Position numbers and translations under genes: made by a program
Notes under the pieces: model-generated
Databases searched by the model: none
Seen by the model: only the letters and a program-made list of their open reading frames with translations
Told to the model about the DNA's origin: nothing
Part shown: piece after piece, positions 63,753 to 64,000 of the stretch
Position numbering within the stretch: the first letter of the stretch is position 1
How the letters are laid out: each line of letters begins with the position of its first letter
Source of the DNA: the human T2T-CHM13v2.0 reference genome, Homo sapiens
NCBI RefSeq assembly: GCF_009914755.1
Contig: NC_060930.1
Length of the DNA stretch: 64,000 nt
Reading direction: 5' to 3' (one strand)

Positions 63753-64000
63753 TCTGTGTAAGTAGAACAATTACAACAAATTTAATTTAGCATCTAAATC
63801 AAAACACTTGTTTTAACTACAAGAACATGTTACCATCACAGTGGATGACCCACAGAGTTAGCTTTTTCAAGACTACGAAGAAAACTTTCCAATTAAAAAA
63901 AAAATTCTCCATTAAAAACTTAAAAGGGACTTATTAGAATAATATTTTGTTAGAATTTTCATTATTCTTCCTCACACTGTGTCCAATTGTGCATAGTTTT

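Noticed and set aside
63753-64000. Possible SERAC1 promoter at the window end
   Set aside because: The ATG is preceded by a splice acceptor and AT-rich intron; no CpG island; exon 1 is outside the window.

Overview
Human (primate) genomic DNA from the SYNJ2/SERAC1 locus (6q25.3, from recall). The + strand carries the 3' end of SYNJ2 with two alternative phase-0 terminal coding exons. The short 2A exon (31-153) ends in the PDZ ligand -GSSV and is missed by the ORF track. The long proline-rich 2B exon (1759-2505) is followed by a ~2.8 kb 3' UTR. After a ~10 kb repeat-rich gap, the - strand carries the whole SERAC1 coding sequence: 16 coding exons (exons 2-17, 63752 down to 17566), all GT-AG, summing to 1965 nt = 654 aa + stop. 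The non-coding exon 1 and promoter lie beyond the window. The rest is Alu-dense intron/intergenic DNA with old L1/L2/MIR, LTRs (MST, MER21, MLT1), DNA transposons (MER47, Tigger3, MER20, Charlie) and tandem repeats. Repeat family calls and boundaries are by eye and approximate. I see no evidence of a novel gene system. The most unusual unexplained signals are: two dispersed short duplications of apparently non-repeat sequence (5992/11374 and 23107/26165), a 49/50 identical hairpin block shared by two Tigger3 copies 30 kb apart, a 32-bp VNTR next to a 37-nt microexon, inverted AluYs bracketing in-frame SERAC1 exon 6, and transposon-borne poly(A) signals behind the SYNJ2A exon.
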